Assembly (NCBI GenBank): GCA_010909165.1
Contig: VJWM01000025.1
Location: forward strand, 3,100,001 to 3,164,000
Origin: Anthoceros angustus
Taxonomy: Eukaryota > Plantae > Anthocerotophyta
Direction: 5' to 3'
Length of the DNA: 64,000 nt
Position numbers and translations under genes: made by a program. Under the pieces are notes generated by a model, which was not told the DNA's origin, ran no database searches, and was given only the letters and a program-made list of their open reading frames with translations. This document shows positions 22,464 to 35,400 of this stretch, one piece after another (position 1 is the first letter of the stretch; the number at the start of each line of letters is the position of its first letter).

Positions 22464-25400
22464 TGTGGCGGGACTTTTTCGATGTGGCCGGTAAGGCGCG
22501 CACAATCCGTGTCGTTGTAGGAAGAAGTCCGTTCCCAAAGGGAATGATAGGCGTTACGCGTTTGGGTGATTCTTACCGTCCTTAGCGCTCGTTCGGTCTC
22601 ACACACACATACTCCTAACTTCTCTGGCGTTCACCGTCTGGGGTATGGCCAAGCGTTTGAGACCCGTTGGCGTCCGTATCGTTCACACATCCCTCACGCA
22701 TCCGATCCTTTCCTCTCTCCCTCCGCTACACTCTTGATCTTAGAAAAAGGCAGTTCTGTGATCCGGACCTCCTCGTCGTTCGCGGGCCTCTCGTCCGGGC
22801 TCTACCGCCCTCCGGGTTCCTCGGCTCACGCGTTCAGTCCGTTCGGTGTCGGACCCGGCTCGGCGAGCCATCACCGGTCACCCTTCCACCACAGCGTTAG
22901 TCTCCGGACCTTGATCAATCTCCCGGGTGCACCTTTCGGTGACTCGGGACTCACGTTAGCAAGAAGACTCACAAAGGTGCAGAGCGGCATCAACACCAAG
23001 AGAAAGATGCTTTACTAGGCGACCTCGGCCCTCTTATCTGCGCCCAAGGTGGCGTCTTTATTACCCCTATTACGTGATAGCCACGGTATACCCTAATCGG
23101 CCTACCATATCCCCTATCTCCTTCGCCATGTGGGGTGGGAAGGTCACAGGCCCCTCGGAATGGGTGGTCAATCCCCGTCAGCAGTTGTGGTGCACCCAAT
23201 CGGATGATCCGTGAGGCGGGGCCCCTCCTCTCCCGGAATCACAGCCGGGTTGGGCTCTGGCGGCGGTCACAACGCCCGTTACCACGTCATCCTCCCTGGC
23301 CTCCACAGGTCCTTGGCGGTGGGGCCACCGGCCTGCTCCCCTAAGCGTAAGTCGAAGGGGCTCCTCCTTCTTGCCCGGCCGGTCCTCGAGGTCTGTCTCG
23401 ACTCACGAACTTGAGTCGGCTTATTCAGGTCCGGCTGGGTCCGACCTTGTCTCGGGGTCCGGACCTCGGGGTCAGTTATTCTGGGGTCCGGACTTGAGTC
23501 CGGACTTATTCGAGTCAGGACTTGGTCCGGCCTCCCTCTGAGGTCCGGACAAAGTCCGGACTCACGCCCGGGTTTCCTCCCTCACGGGACTCCTCCGTGG
23601 CTCTCTCCTCGAAGTCCTCCATGTTCCCGATCGCCGGTGACTCCGTTGGCCCCTCCTTCCATGGTGAGGTGCGGGGTGCTTACCTCGATCGCATCCGCCC
23701 TCGTTCTCCTCCTCTTGCTCCTCTCTCCGCTCCGTCATCTCAAGCAGGGCCACTAGGGTCCCTGTCTTTGTCCCCGTGGCCTTCATCTCCTTGAGCCTTC
23801 CGGTCCGTCCGTTTGCGGCCGTCGAGGCTTCGCCTTGGGGAGCTCGGTGGTAATAGGCAAAGTCTGAATCGACTTGTTGAATTGCCTCTTCCACGTGTGC
23901 CGATACTCCTCCGCCATAAGTGTTAGGGCGTCTTTCGGCTTGTTGGGCCACCTCTCCTGCCAGTTGTGGTGGGCAGGTATCACGAGGCTACAAGGCGGCC
24001 TCGGTCACCTCCTGCGGTGCCATTGTTGCTCACGCTCCGTCGTTTCCTTCCATGCTTACCGCCGCCATAGCGTTCCCTTCCGCCTTTCGGTGGACCAGCG
24101 GCTTCTTTTACCTTCCGATTCGCTCCTCCGTTCATTCGGCCTTTAGCTCATGACTCCCTCTCCGGTGATCGGATACCTCCGTCCAGGCTCGGACTTCCTC
24201 CTCATACATGGCAGCAGCGTCCAACTCCTTGGATAGTGCGATTTTCCTCCGTCTTGAGGCGGAGGGACTCTTTTCGTGCTCGAGTCGTGGATTCTCGTTG
24301 AGAATCACTGCTTTCAAGCGCATCTTGGGTTGTAGCTCAGTGTCCTTCATCCTCCATCTGCGCCTCCTTCTACCTCCTGCATGTACTCGGAGATCCCTAT
24401 CTCCCGAGTCTTGGCCTTACTGCTCCATAGCACTTTGTGCGGCCTTAGCCTCGGTACTGTGACTCTCCGGTTCGATCACGTGAGATCCGGTCGCTCTTCC
24501 GCGGCTTGACTCGCCGCGCCTTTGGGCCTCGCCTTGGCTGCTCTAGCCGGGCCGCCTCCGCCAGGTCCCGAGCTCTCTCTGCTTGTGCCCGGGCCTCTTC
24601 CGCCTCCTGCTGCGCTTCCCCTCTTCGCCTGCAAAGGTCCTCCGCCCGCGCTTGGGCCTCCTGAGCTTGCTTCAGCTGTTCGCACAGCTGAAGAACCTTG
24701 GCCCGGTCCTGCTGAACCGCCCGGGCCTCGCGCTCCGCCACCCGGCGTTTCCCTTCCTCGATCCGAGCGAGGGACTCCGCCTTTTCCTTTGCCCCCTCGG
24801 CCGCCTTCACTTGCTCTTGGAGTTCCACCATCCTCCTCCGGGTGGCCTCCACTTCCTGGTCTTCTCATGTACGAGACCCCAAAGCATTCCGTCCATACGG
24901 TAGCTTCGCCGTGTTTCTTCCACGGCCATGAGTGAGGCCCCAAAGTCCGTAGTGGGAGCCGGCATTTCTCGATCCATGGACCTCCATACCGCGGAGTAAG
25001 TCGGTGGGTTCTCGGACCTAATCGGGACCCTCGGTCACAGTGGTGTCCGAGTCTCACCCTCTTGGCCCTCTTGGCCTCTAACTCCTTTGCCTCTTTCTCA
25101 CAGGGCTCGGAGGAGGTGAGGGGGTCGGGAGCAAGCTCTTTGCCCCTTCAGCCGGGGCAGGACCGGCTCGGGGTGGGGGCGCGGTGACCTCCTGCTCCTT
25201 GCCACGTCCCTTCTGCCCTCCACCGCCTCTTGACCTCTTGCCACTCGTGGCGGGGTAAGAAGTCTGCACCTTCGAGGTCTTTGCGTTGGTAAGCGGCACC
25301 GTCTTCCGCCTCTTGGCTCCCGTTGAGTTCGTCGGGCTCGGCGGCGTCGTGGTTGTGTTGTTGTTGCAGCCGGTCTGAGGCCAGCGCCCTCGCATCGGCT

Positions 25401-26828
25401 CCCTCCCTGCCTCGGAGGGCACCAAAGGAGGAAGGGGAATCGCCTCCCAAACTTCCACAGGTGGTGAGGGGTTCGCTCGGGCGTATGGAGTCGGAATCCT
25501 CGGTCGTCCTCCTCCCGTCGCTTGGTCTTGAAGGACCCCCCCTCAGGCGCCCTTGCACGCTCTACGGCGGCCTCCGGCCCCTTGGCGCCGCTCAAGCTCT
25601 CCTCCTTGAGCTCGAAATGTCCCCATACATGAATCTGTATTCACCCCATGGCGAGGCTTCGCTCCTTAGCTTGCGTGCCTCTGGAGGCAGGCGAAGATAA
25701 TCCTTCCCCGGTCGCTCTCTTCCCATGGGCGCATGAGAATACCAGGTTATCACCAAGGTGATCCACCTTGGTGGCGAGTTCAATGGACAATGATCCGGGC
25801 TACCGCCCTTACTCGGTATCGGCGGATCGGATATCAACCATCCGTTGGTTGTCCGCTGCGTTCGAGCCTCGGCCGGCGTGGGCCTATCTTCCCCTTATAA
25901 GGGGCTCGGCACCACGCCCCTTCTTCCTCCTTGGTTGTAGGCCATCCTCGGGACCTCAAGGTCCATCGCCTCGGTCCTCCGGAGGTTCTTGGATCGGACC
26001 TCCTTGTTGATCGCCGCCCGGCATCTTCGGGCAAACTCCGGACTAGAGTAGCGTTGTCAAAGGTCCGACCATTTGGAACACGTCCGGATGCCACTCTGCA
26101 CCAATTCCACTTCCTCCGGCCGGGGCCGAAGTCCGGATAGCGCGGGTCACAATGTTGCGCTCCACGAGGTCCATGGCTCCCAGACTTCATCGGCTTTTGG
26201 GTGCCATTGCTTTCTCCTCCTCTTGTTCTTGTAGCTGCGGCGAGTCCGGCGCACGATGTTCCTCCGCCGCGTTTGCTCCAACCTTGATGCGCCGCGCTCT
26301 GGGGCGCCCAAAAGATAGCCGAGCGGATTGCGGGCGCAAGGGGCTGTGAGGGGAGGCTGCCGTGGACCTCCCTCCTTGGCCTTGTGGAAGTAATCGGCGG
26401 AAGGCGCCTCTTCGTTGTCCCAGCGCGAGTGCATGGCTTACTCGACCCTCGCTTCACTCGGCCTTACGCGCCGCGCGGCCGCGGGCGTGAATACTGCCTG
26501 CGGCCTCAGCAGGTTACGGTCTGGCCCTGCATGCCCGACCTCCACTCGGGGCCGTCCGTGGCGCCGCCTCGTCATCCTCACGCCTCCTCCTAGGTTACTT
26601 TCCTGGCGTACTTATCCTGACTGAGTGGGTTCGGACTTATCCGTTACTCGGCGTGGTCGGAGCTTGCCATAGTGGTGCAGGGTCCGTTGTTCACTCCAGT
26701 CCGGAGTATACTCGAGCCTCGTCCGGCGCTACCCCAATTTATTCCTCCTTTTCCGCCTTATTTATCCTTCAATCCTAAAAAGCGAAACCCTACTTATTTC
26801 TTAACTCCCGAGAAGTGCATAGCCCACA
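22464..26828 (-). repeat. 3' LTR (4365 bp)
   Basis: TGTGGCGG...TAGCCCACA; PPT GAGAAGGGAG at 26831-26840 (-) is adjacent. Confidence 0.92.
23400..26530 (-). CDS. Putative LTR (U3)-encoded protein of unknown function with a coiled-coil C-terminal half (frameshifted; ends approximate)
   Basis: Chain of overlapping ORF pieces (25834-26457, 25592-25837, 25078-25458, 24445-24852, 24132-24350, 23562-23951); peptides HVEEAIQQVDS, KTEENRxL and YYH are also present in the diverged copy at 47-49 kb. Confidence 0.6.
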
Positions 26829-26904
26829 TACTCCCTTCTCATCATTGGCGTCTCGCCAACACTAAGCATACTTCTTCACCGCCACCCGTTTACCCGAGTG
26901 GGCG

Positions 26905-29900
26905 ACTCTCCATCTAGGCGTGGCGGACCCGTTGTCATATACTTGCACCACTTAGTACGGACCCATCCATCTCGGTGAAGTTTGCACGGAAAATGCATGT
27001 GGCGACTATCATAAAGGAGGCGGTCCCCTTCCTTTACATACTCGATTCCGATCGGCGATCGTGCCAAATCTTCTTGGTTTTGCACCTGTTGCATCTTGGT
27101 GAGCTTCTTCCTCCTCTGTCTTTTGAAACCCCAAGAGTCGCTCGGTGGCTTTCCTCTGTCAGTCTCCTTCCATCATTACTCGAAAAGTGGGCACTTCAAA
27201 CTCATTACGGAGAGTGTCCGTAGGTCAAGTAAGGGTCCGTTGTGTGGTCACCTTCTGCTGTCCGGGCGCCCAGTCACGGATGGCGACTTGGTATCCGATC
27301 ATGGGCGTAGTTCACGTGAGTTTATTCGAGATCCTGCGGATGAGCCCATTTGTCTTCTCTCGGCCATTGGCCTTAGGATTGTAGGGTGCCGTCTTGCGAT
27401 GATTGATGCGAAATACTCCGTCATGGCGGCCACCACATCATTAAGGAAATGGGTTCCCCTATCACTTACCAAGCTGCGGACATCCGTGCGGGTTATGATG
27501 TTCTCGTCACAGAATTTGGCCACGGTATGTCCGTTCTTGTCATACCGCCTCTACCCACAGTGCGATGTCCGTTGCCCGGGATGTATCTCCTTTGTGTGTG
27601 TCTTGTCGTGGTGTATAGGTCCAACAAAGTCAATACCCCACTTTTAAGGTGCGGTGCCAATATCGGTACTAGCGGCCTTTGTGTCGTCGGGGTTGGCTTT
27701 CCGATCCGTGACAAGCATCACACTTCTTCTAAGCGGTGGGTGTCCCCATACATTGTTGGCCACCGTATCCGCTTCAAAATCTTTTGGTGGTGACTCTTGC
27801 GTAGTGTCACCCCAATCCTTCGTGCATTCCCTTAGCTCCTGTCTGCGGTTGCAAGTACCTTCGTTCTACTCCGTCCGGCCCTAATTTGAACACACACCCG
27901 TTGTACATTACGAAGGGTCGAGCATAGTGCACGAATGCCTCCCTCATCACGAGTCGATTTTGAAGCTCCATTCCCAGGTACCGCTCTATTTCTTCGTCGG
28001 ACCGGCACCCTCCCTTCTCCTCGCTAAGGCAGTTCTCGTAGCTTGGGGTTCGGTGGGCTCCTCGGTTGTACTTTTCTGCGGCAACCAATGTCTCATCCGG
28101 AACGCATCTTCACGATCTCTCAACACCGCTTTCTGTTTTCAATCGTGGGAAATCGCATTTTGGTCTTGCCTCCCTTGTCTTGTTTCCACTTGACGTGAAC
28201 TCCTGCGGCAACAATATCCACCTTGCTATCCGTCGGACGGTCCGTCTTATTCACCGGATGCTTGGTAAAGTGGTCTACATAGAACACAAACTCAGGTAGT
28301 AGGTAGTGTCGAATTTCTTGACGGCATATACCATACCCGTGCTTGGCCTCTGTAGTTGTGTATTTTCGCGTGGGTGAGTGTCGTCCGGTAGTAGTATCGG
28401 GATAATCCGCCGCTTGTCGTCTTACGCTCGGCTACTCCGATAGTAGCGGACACATCTACATACACATGAAATTTCACTCGATCCGGTCCTCTTAGAACCG
28501 GTGCGCTTACCAAGGTGTTATAAATCCGAAGGCCTCCTCTCGCTCCGTGACGGTCCAAACCTCCTCCTTCCATGATGGTTACATCGCTTAGCCGCCCTCT
28601 TAGCAAAGTCCTTAATAAACCGTGGTAGTATCCCACCATTCCGAAACCTCTCGGCTCCTTTAGGTTCGTCGGTGGTGAGAGGGGATGACCGGACCTTGTC
28701 ACGGTCCACCTCGATTCCCGCACGATGTCAGCAAGATTCCCTCCGTCATTCCAAAGTAGCATTTCTCGGGTGTAGGCTCAATTGAGTCTCCGGCGGGCGC
28801 TCAAGCACCTTCTTAGATGCCCAAGGTGTTTGTCCCTCCCCATGCACACAAAATCATCCAGAATATCTCCATGAAGTCCCTCGAAGTCACGGAAGGCGTT
28901 GGTCACCATACGCATGAGCGACCACAGCGCTCGGTCATCCCAAAGGCACTTCTCTTGTAGGCAAGCGTACCTCCGTAGTGAAGGTCGTCTTGTCCCGGTC
29001 CGACTCCCTTAGGTGCAATTGGTTGTATCCGGGTAGCCATCCGGGGAAGGAGTAAGTAGTCCGTCCACCACCTTGTCCAAAATGTCGTCTCTGAATGGCA
29101 TCGGAAGTGGTCCTTCTCGTTGCGTTGAGCTTCCTCCAATCTTGGCATACCCAATTTGTCTGGTGTTTCTTGGGAACCACCACAATCGGCGCAACCCACT
29201 CGCTGTTGACGATGGGGAAAATGATGTCTGCCTCCAGGTACTTATCAAGGACCTCCTTCACCTTGATCGAATACTTGGGGTTGAGCTTGTATTGTCGGAT
29301 TCGGACTGGCACCGCTCCTGGCTTCAAATCGATCTTATGCTCTCCCCACTTCTTCGGAATGCCCTTCATGTCCGTGACCTTGAAGGCGAACACCTCGCAA
29401 AACTCCCCCAGCAGCTGCTTTAGTCCTTCCTTCAGGTCCGGAGGCATGCCTTTCTTAAACTTGAATTTGCTGCGGACCTCCACTTCTTCCACGTCGTCCG
29501 GGTTCACCGTCTCCGTTCCCGTCTTTGCCTCATTGCGTCAAACCCCTCGTCCTCCTCGGGATCGTCCTCTCGCATCCCCATTCTCTGAAGAGCTCGTCGG
29601 AGGTGAATCGTGTTACTCCTTGATGTCCGCTTTTCCTTGGTCCGACTCTTGTTGTCTCCCCTTGTCTTTGGTCCGACCTCCTCTTCACTTCCTTCCTCCG
29701 GCCCGTTGTGGCGTTTACTCAAAACAATCAACCACTTCCGCAAAGGCATCCGCGGTAGTCCATCTCCTCCTCGGACCGGCGGATCTTGGCGAAAGTCGCC
29801 TCCTCGGAACTATCTTGTTCGTCGCCGGTGGAGTCCTCCGGTATACCCTTCGGTAGTGCTCACGGTTCTCCACAATAGGTGTCCTTGCTCCGGTGATAGC

Positions 29901-32145
29901 AACCCTCCCTTCTCGCACCTTAGGGTCCCGTCCACCGGCTTGAAGTGAATCTCCTTCCTTCCAAAGTGTAGCTTTGCAGGCCAACCCCGCAGACAACACC
30001 TCATACCCTAATGGTCCGGCGGTTTGATCACAACAAAATCCGGTTTGTAGGGTGCACCGGCTATGGTGGCCAAGACTCGGTTAACTCCCGGATCTCTTCT
30101 TGACATATACGCCATTCTCGAGTCTTCGTTGAGGTTCGAAGGATGTGAAGCCCAATTTTCGTGCCGTGGCTTGGTGATGAGGTTGACTCGGACCCGTGTC
30201 CAGGTACATCCTTGATGATACATCCAATCTCCACTTGTACCACTTGGCCCACAGGTCCGTATGGGACACCACCCTCACTTGCTACCCTTCACGGCTTTGG
30301 TGCTCCGGGCTGGGTTTCCTAACGACGGACCTCTTGCCGTATTTGGGTTATCCCTCGGCGGTATCGAAAGGACACAAGGTCTGATTCATCATCGGTCCGC
30401 CACATTAAAGGCGAGGCTTCTACCCCAATCGAGGATCCTGCTGCGTCCTCATCCTCTCCCCGGGTCACGTGTTACGGTATTCTCCGGATGCTTGCGCATT
30501 TCCTCCTGCAACATCTCGGTCACCTCCGGACTACGTCCGTGGAAACGTCGCCGTCGCGGGAGGCACCGTTCCTTCTCTCACATGCGGAGAACTTCCTTGG
30601 GTAATCCCTCGTGAGCTGCCCGTCCCGGCCTCCTTCATCGGTCGGATCCTCTGGTATTTGATTGCCTTCCTCGGCGTCGTGGCGCTTCCTCCGATCTTGT
30701 TCTTCTTCAATGGCGCCTTTCTCGTCGCTCCTTCCTTCCACGGTAGACACCTCAAGATTTCCGCGACTCCCTTCCTTCGACACCCCACCTTCTTGTTCTT
30801 TTCCATCTCGCGTACTCTGGAATCTCTTCCCATGTGAGCATCTTGACTTGCCGTCTGTGCCGGTCTTAGGAGGTGGCGTTGGTGGTCGGGGTTCTCCGCT
30901 TGGTGTGGCATATCGTACCGTCCTTGTGCGGGGTTGGGACATAGCGTCTTGCTGTCATATGCCCGGCACTTGCGATCGCCACCTGACCGCTCGAAGTCCC
31001 CATTACCACCTCGTTGAGTGCGGACGCGTTGGAGTAATGGCGATTCCCGCGGTTCCAGACCACGGCCGTCACGGAGGATACGAAGGGCTCCCATGCGGTC
31101 TTTGCATCGGTGGGGCCCGTTGTATTCGGACCTCCGGTTGGCGGATACATGGTTTTGGGATATCGCGGCCCGGAGGGCTTCACATGACGATAGGCCTCTT
31201 CCCATTGCTCCTCGGCCTCCTCCTCGTATTCGTAGTCCACTTGATGCACCGGCCTTGAGGCGGTTGGATTCGAATGGCCGTGTTCTTCGGCACACGAGAT
31301 GCGTTCGCACCGTGGTCGGTGTTTTCCGCTCTCGGTCCTTAACAGTTTATCGCCGGGTCCTACTCTCTTTATCACTTTTCCGGTCCTCCCGCGGACAGCT
31401 ACCTCCTTTGAGGGAGTCGGGTCCGTGGAGCTTCTCGGACGGTCTGGTGTCACCACCTCCTTCTTACCACCTTCTTTTTAGCCGGGCTTTCTTGCTCTTC
31501 TTCTTGGGGATACTCTTCCTCGCTAGAGACCTCCGTCTCTTCTTGGACTGCTCCTCCTCAGACACCTCCGATTGGTCTTCCTCCTCCTCAAGACTCTTCC
31601 TCCTCGAGTCGAACCCGTTTCTTCTTCTTCTTCTTGCCTCCTTGGGATTTCTTTATCCTCGATGTAGCGATTCCTCGTAGTTTTCGCCGCTCGACCGCCT
31701 TGCCCACGTCCTTCTCGGCGGCGGGGCGTGCACATGGGTTTGGCTAGACCGCGCGAACCGTACCGCTTGCATCGTGGTATGGGTTGGATGCCGATCCTCG
31801 GGCATAGAACGCTCGATGTCTGAGCCCGCTTCTCCTTCTTCCCTCGCTTGATTCCAACTTTGATAATACATACCCCTCTGGTCGATCCCTCGAAACCGTT
31901 CTAAGAAGGCATTTTCAAAGCTTCAAGCGAGGCGGGTGGGGCATTCTCCGGTGGTCGGTACTTTCTCCGATACCATTGAGCTGTCCTCGGAGAACCCCTT
32001 GGAAAAATGGATGAGGCGTCGACTCCCTCTCCGTTGAAGTTGGCTTTGGACACGAAGTCCTCCACAAAGGTCTCGCATCCGCTCCTTCTTCCCTCCGAAT
32101 ATGGAGATGCGCTTGTTTGGTCGGTAGGGGCCATGGCTGCGCCAT
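26905..32145 (-). CDS. gag-pol polyprotein (frameshifted)
   Basis: Protease YLDTG..VNLI (~30200); RT EHKIDLKPGAVPVRIRQYKLNP, SEWVAPIVVVPKK, CQDWRKLN, DKTTFTT, DDF; RNase H FHVYVDVS; integrase WGIDFVGP, LVSDRGTHFLN, PYNPKANG; Ty3/gypsy order, no chromodomain seen. Confidence 0.92.
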
Positions 32146-32367
32146 CGATGGGTTAGGGGTGTCCTACCTTCCGTTGGCGTCCCTCGTACCCGTACTCGTC
32201 TTGGTCCGACAATTCGACGTTCTCCCTCCTCGATCGGGTGCTCTCGTTGGGTTTGGCGTCTCCTCTCCACGGCTCGGAGCACGCGAGGTGACCACGTCCG
32301 ATCCTCTGACGGTTCACTCTTGACCGCCGCTCGACCGCCACGCATTCACTTACCTTCTCTTCCTAAG

Positions 32368-32411
32368 GGCGCTGCGGCACCGGACCGATTTCATTCCCGC
32401 AGCGCCAAAAA
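32368..32411 (-). other. PBS region folded into a 10-bp hairpin
   Basis: After the 5' LTR (-) the sequence reads TTTTTGGCGCTGCGGG; GGCGCTGCGG (32368-32377) is the exact reverse complement of CCGCAGCGCC (32397-32406). Confidence 0.7.
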
Positions 32412-35400
32412 TGTGGCGGACTTTTCGATGGCGGCGGTAGCGCCACAATCCGTGTCGTTGTAGGAAGAAGTCCGTTCCCAAAGGGAATGATAGGCCCGTT
32501 CGCGTTTGGTGATTCTTACCGTCAGCGCTCGTTCGGTCTCAACACACACATACTCCTAACTACTCACAACGTTCCGTCGGGCCGGTATGGCCAAGCGTTT
32601 GAGACCCGTTCGCGTCCGTATCGTTCACGCTCCCTCACGCATCCTCCTTTCCTCTCTCCCTCACGCTACACTCTTATCTTAGAAAAAAAGCGGTTCTGTG
32701 ATCCGGACCTCCTCGTCGTTCGCGGGCCTCTCGTCCGGGCTCTACACCCTCCGGAGTTCCTCCGGCTCACGTTCGGTCCCGGTCGGACGCGGCTCGGGGC
32801 GAGCACGGTCCTTCACCCTTCACCACAGCGTTAAGTCCGTCACGGGACCTTGATCAATCTCCCGGGTAGCCGTGCACCTTTCGGTGACTCGGGACTCACG
32901 TTAGCAAGAAGACTCACAAAGGTGCAGAGCGGCATCAACACCAAGAGAAAGATGCTTTACTAGGCACCTCGGCCCCTCTTATCTGCGCCCAAGGTGGCGT
33001 CTTTATTACCCTATTACGGTGATAGCTCGGTATACCCTAATCGGCCTATTTTCCCCCCTATCTCCTTCGAGTGGGAAGGTCACAGGCCCGCCTCGGAATG
33101 GGTGGTCCAATCCCGTCACGGTTGTGGTGCGCAATCGGATGATCCGTGGCGGGCCCTCCTCTCCCGGAATCACTGTCGGGTTGGGCTCTGGCGGCGGTCG
33201 ACAACCGCCCGTTACCACGTCATCCTCCCTGGCCCCTCACAGGTCCCGCGGTGGGGCCACCTTCTCGGCTCCCCGTAAGTCGAGGGGCTCCTCCTTCTTG
33301 CCGGTCCTCGAGGTCTGTCTCGACTCCACGAACTTGAGTCCGGCTTACTCACAGGTCCGGCCCGGCTGGGTCCGACCTTGTCTCAGGTCCGGACCTCGGG
33401 GTCGGATTCTGAGGTCCGGACTTGGTCCGGACTTATTCTCAGTCCGGACTTGGTCCGGCCTCCCCTCGGTCCGGACAAAGTCCGGACTCACGCCCACCGG
33501 GTTTCCTCCCTCACGGGACTCCTCCGTGGCTCTCCCTCAAGTCCTCCCATGTTCCCGATCGCCGACTCCTTCGTTGGCCCCTCCTTCCATGGTGAGGTGC
33601 GGGGTGCTTACCTCATCGCATCCGCTCCTCCCTCTGCTCCTCGGTTGCTCCTCTCCGCTCCGTCATCTCCAAGCAGGCCACTAGGGTCCTGTCTCCCGTG
33701 GCCTTCATCTCCTTGAGCCTTCCGGTGGTCCGTTTCGGCCGTCGAGGCTTCTCGCCTTGGGGAGCTCGGCGTGGTAATAGGCAAAGTCCAGATCGACTTG
33801 TTGAATTGCCTCTTCCACGTGTGCGGGCACCGATACTCCCTCGCCATAAGTGTTAGGGGGCGTCTTTGCCGGCTTGTTGGGCCACCTCTCCGCAGTTGTG
33901 GTGGGCGGGGCGTATCACGCGAGGCTACAAGGCGCCTCGGTCACCTCCTGCGGTTGCGTTGCTCCGCTCTCGGCTCCGTCGTTTCCTTTCCGCCCGGCTT
34001 ACCGCCATAGCGCGGCGTTCCCTTCCCTTTCTGGACGGCTTCACGCTTCCGGTGCTCGCGCTCCTCCGTTCATTGCCTTTAGCTCCGACTCCCTCTCCAG
34101 GCGGTCGGATACCTCGTCCCGACTCGGACTTCCTCCGGCTCATACAGCGGCGTCCAACTCCTTGGATAGTCGCCGATTTTCCTCCGTCTTGAGCCAGAGG
34201 CACTCTGTTCGTGCTCGAGTCGTGGATTCTCGTTGAGAATCACTGCGCTCCGACGCATCTTGGGTTGTAGCTCCAGCGTGTCCTTCATCCTCCATCTGCT
34301 GCCGCCTCCCTCTACCTCCTGCTGTACTCGGAGATCCCCTATCTCCCGAGTCGGCCCTTACTGCTCCATAGCCTTTGTCGGCCTTGAGTTCGGTCACTGC
34401 TGACTCTCTCCACCGGTTCATCACGTCATGGTGATCCCGGTCGCTCTTGCCCGACTTGGCTCTTCGCCTTTACAGGCCTCGCCCACTTGGCGCTACTCTG
34501 GCCGGGCCGCCTCCGAGTCCCGAGCTCTCTGCTTGTGCCGGGCCTCTTCCGCCTCTGCTGCGCTTCCCTCTTCGCTGCAAGGTCCTCCGCCCGCTTGGGC
34601 CTCCCAGGCTTGCTTGGTGACCGCCGGTGAAGAACCTTCCCGATCTGCTGAACCGCCCGGGCCTCGCGCTCCGCCACCGGCGTTTCCCTTCCTCGATCCG
34701 GCGAGGGACTCGCCTTTCCTTTGCCCCTCGCGCCTTCACTTGCTCTTGGGTTCCACCATCCTCCTCCGGGTGGCCTCCACTTCCAGGTCTTCTCCACAGA
34801 GACCCCAAAGCATTCCGTCCATGGCGGTAGGACTTCGCCGTGTTTCTTCCACACGGTGAGGCCCCACAAAGTCCGTAGTGGGAGCCGGCATTTCTCGTCC
34901 GCCAAGGACCTCCATACCGATCAGTAAGTCGGGGGGTTCTCGGACCTAATCGGGACCCTCGGGTCACAGTGGTGGTCAGTCTCACCCTCTTGGCCCTCTT
35001 GGCCTCTAACTCCTTTTGTGCCCTCTTTCTCCTGAGGCTCGGAGGAGGTGAGGGGGTCCGGGAGCAAGCTCTTTTGCCCCTTCCTGTCGGGGACAGGACC
35101 GGCTCGGGGTGGGGCTGCTGCCAGTGACCTCCTGCTCCTTGGGCCGCGTCCCTTTCTGCCCTCCTTACCGCCTCTTCAGCCTCTTGCCACTCCGTGGGCA
35201 GGGGTAAGGGTACCGGCACCTTCTGAGGTGCTGCGTTGGTAGGCGGCACCGTCTTCCGCCTCTTCGGCTCCCGCTGAGTTCGTCGGGGCTCAGCAGCCGT
35301 CGTGGTTGTTGGCTGTTGTTACGCCGGTGCGGGCCCGCCCTCCGGCATCGGCTCCCTCCTGCCGGCTCGGAGGGCACCAAAAGGAGGAAGGGGAATCGCC

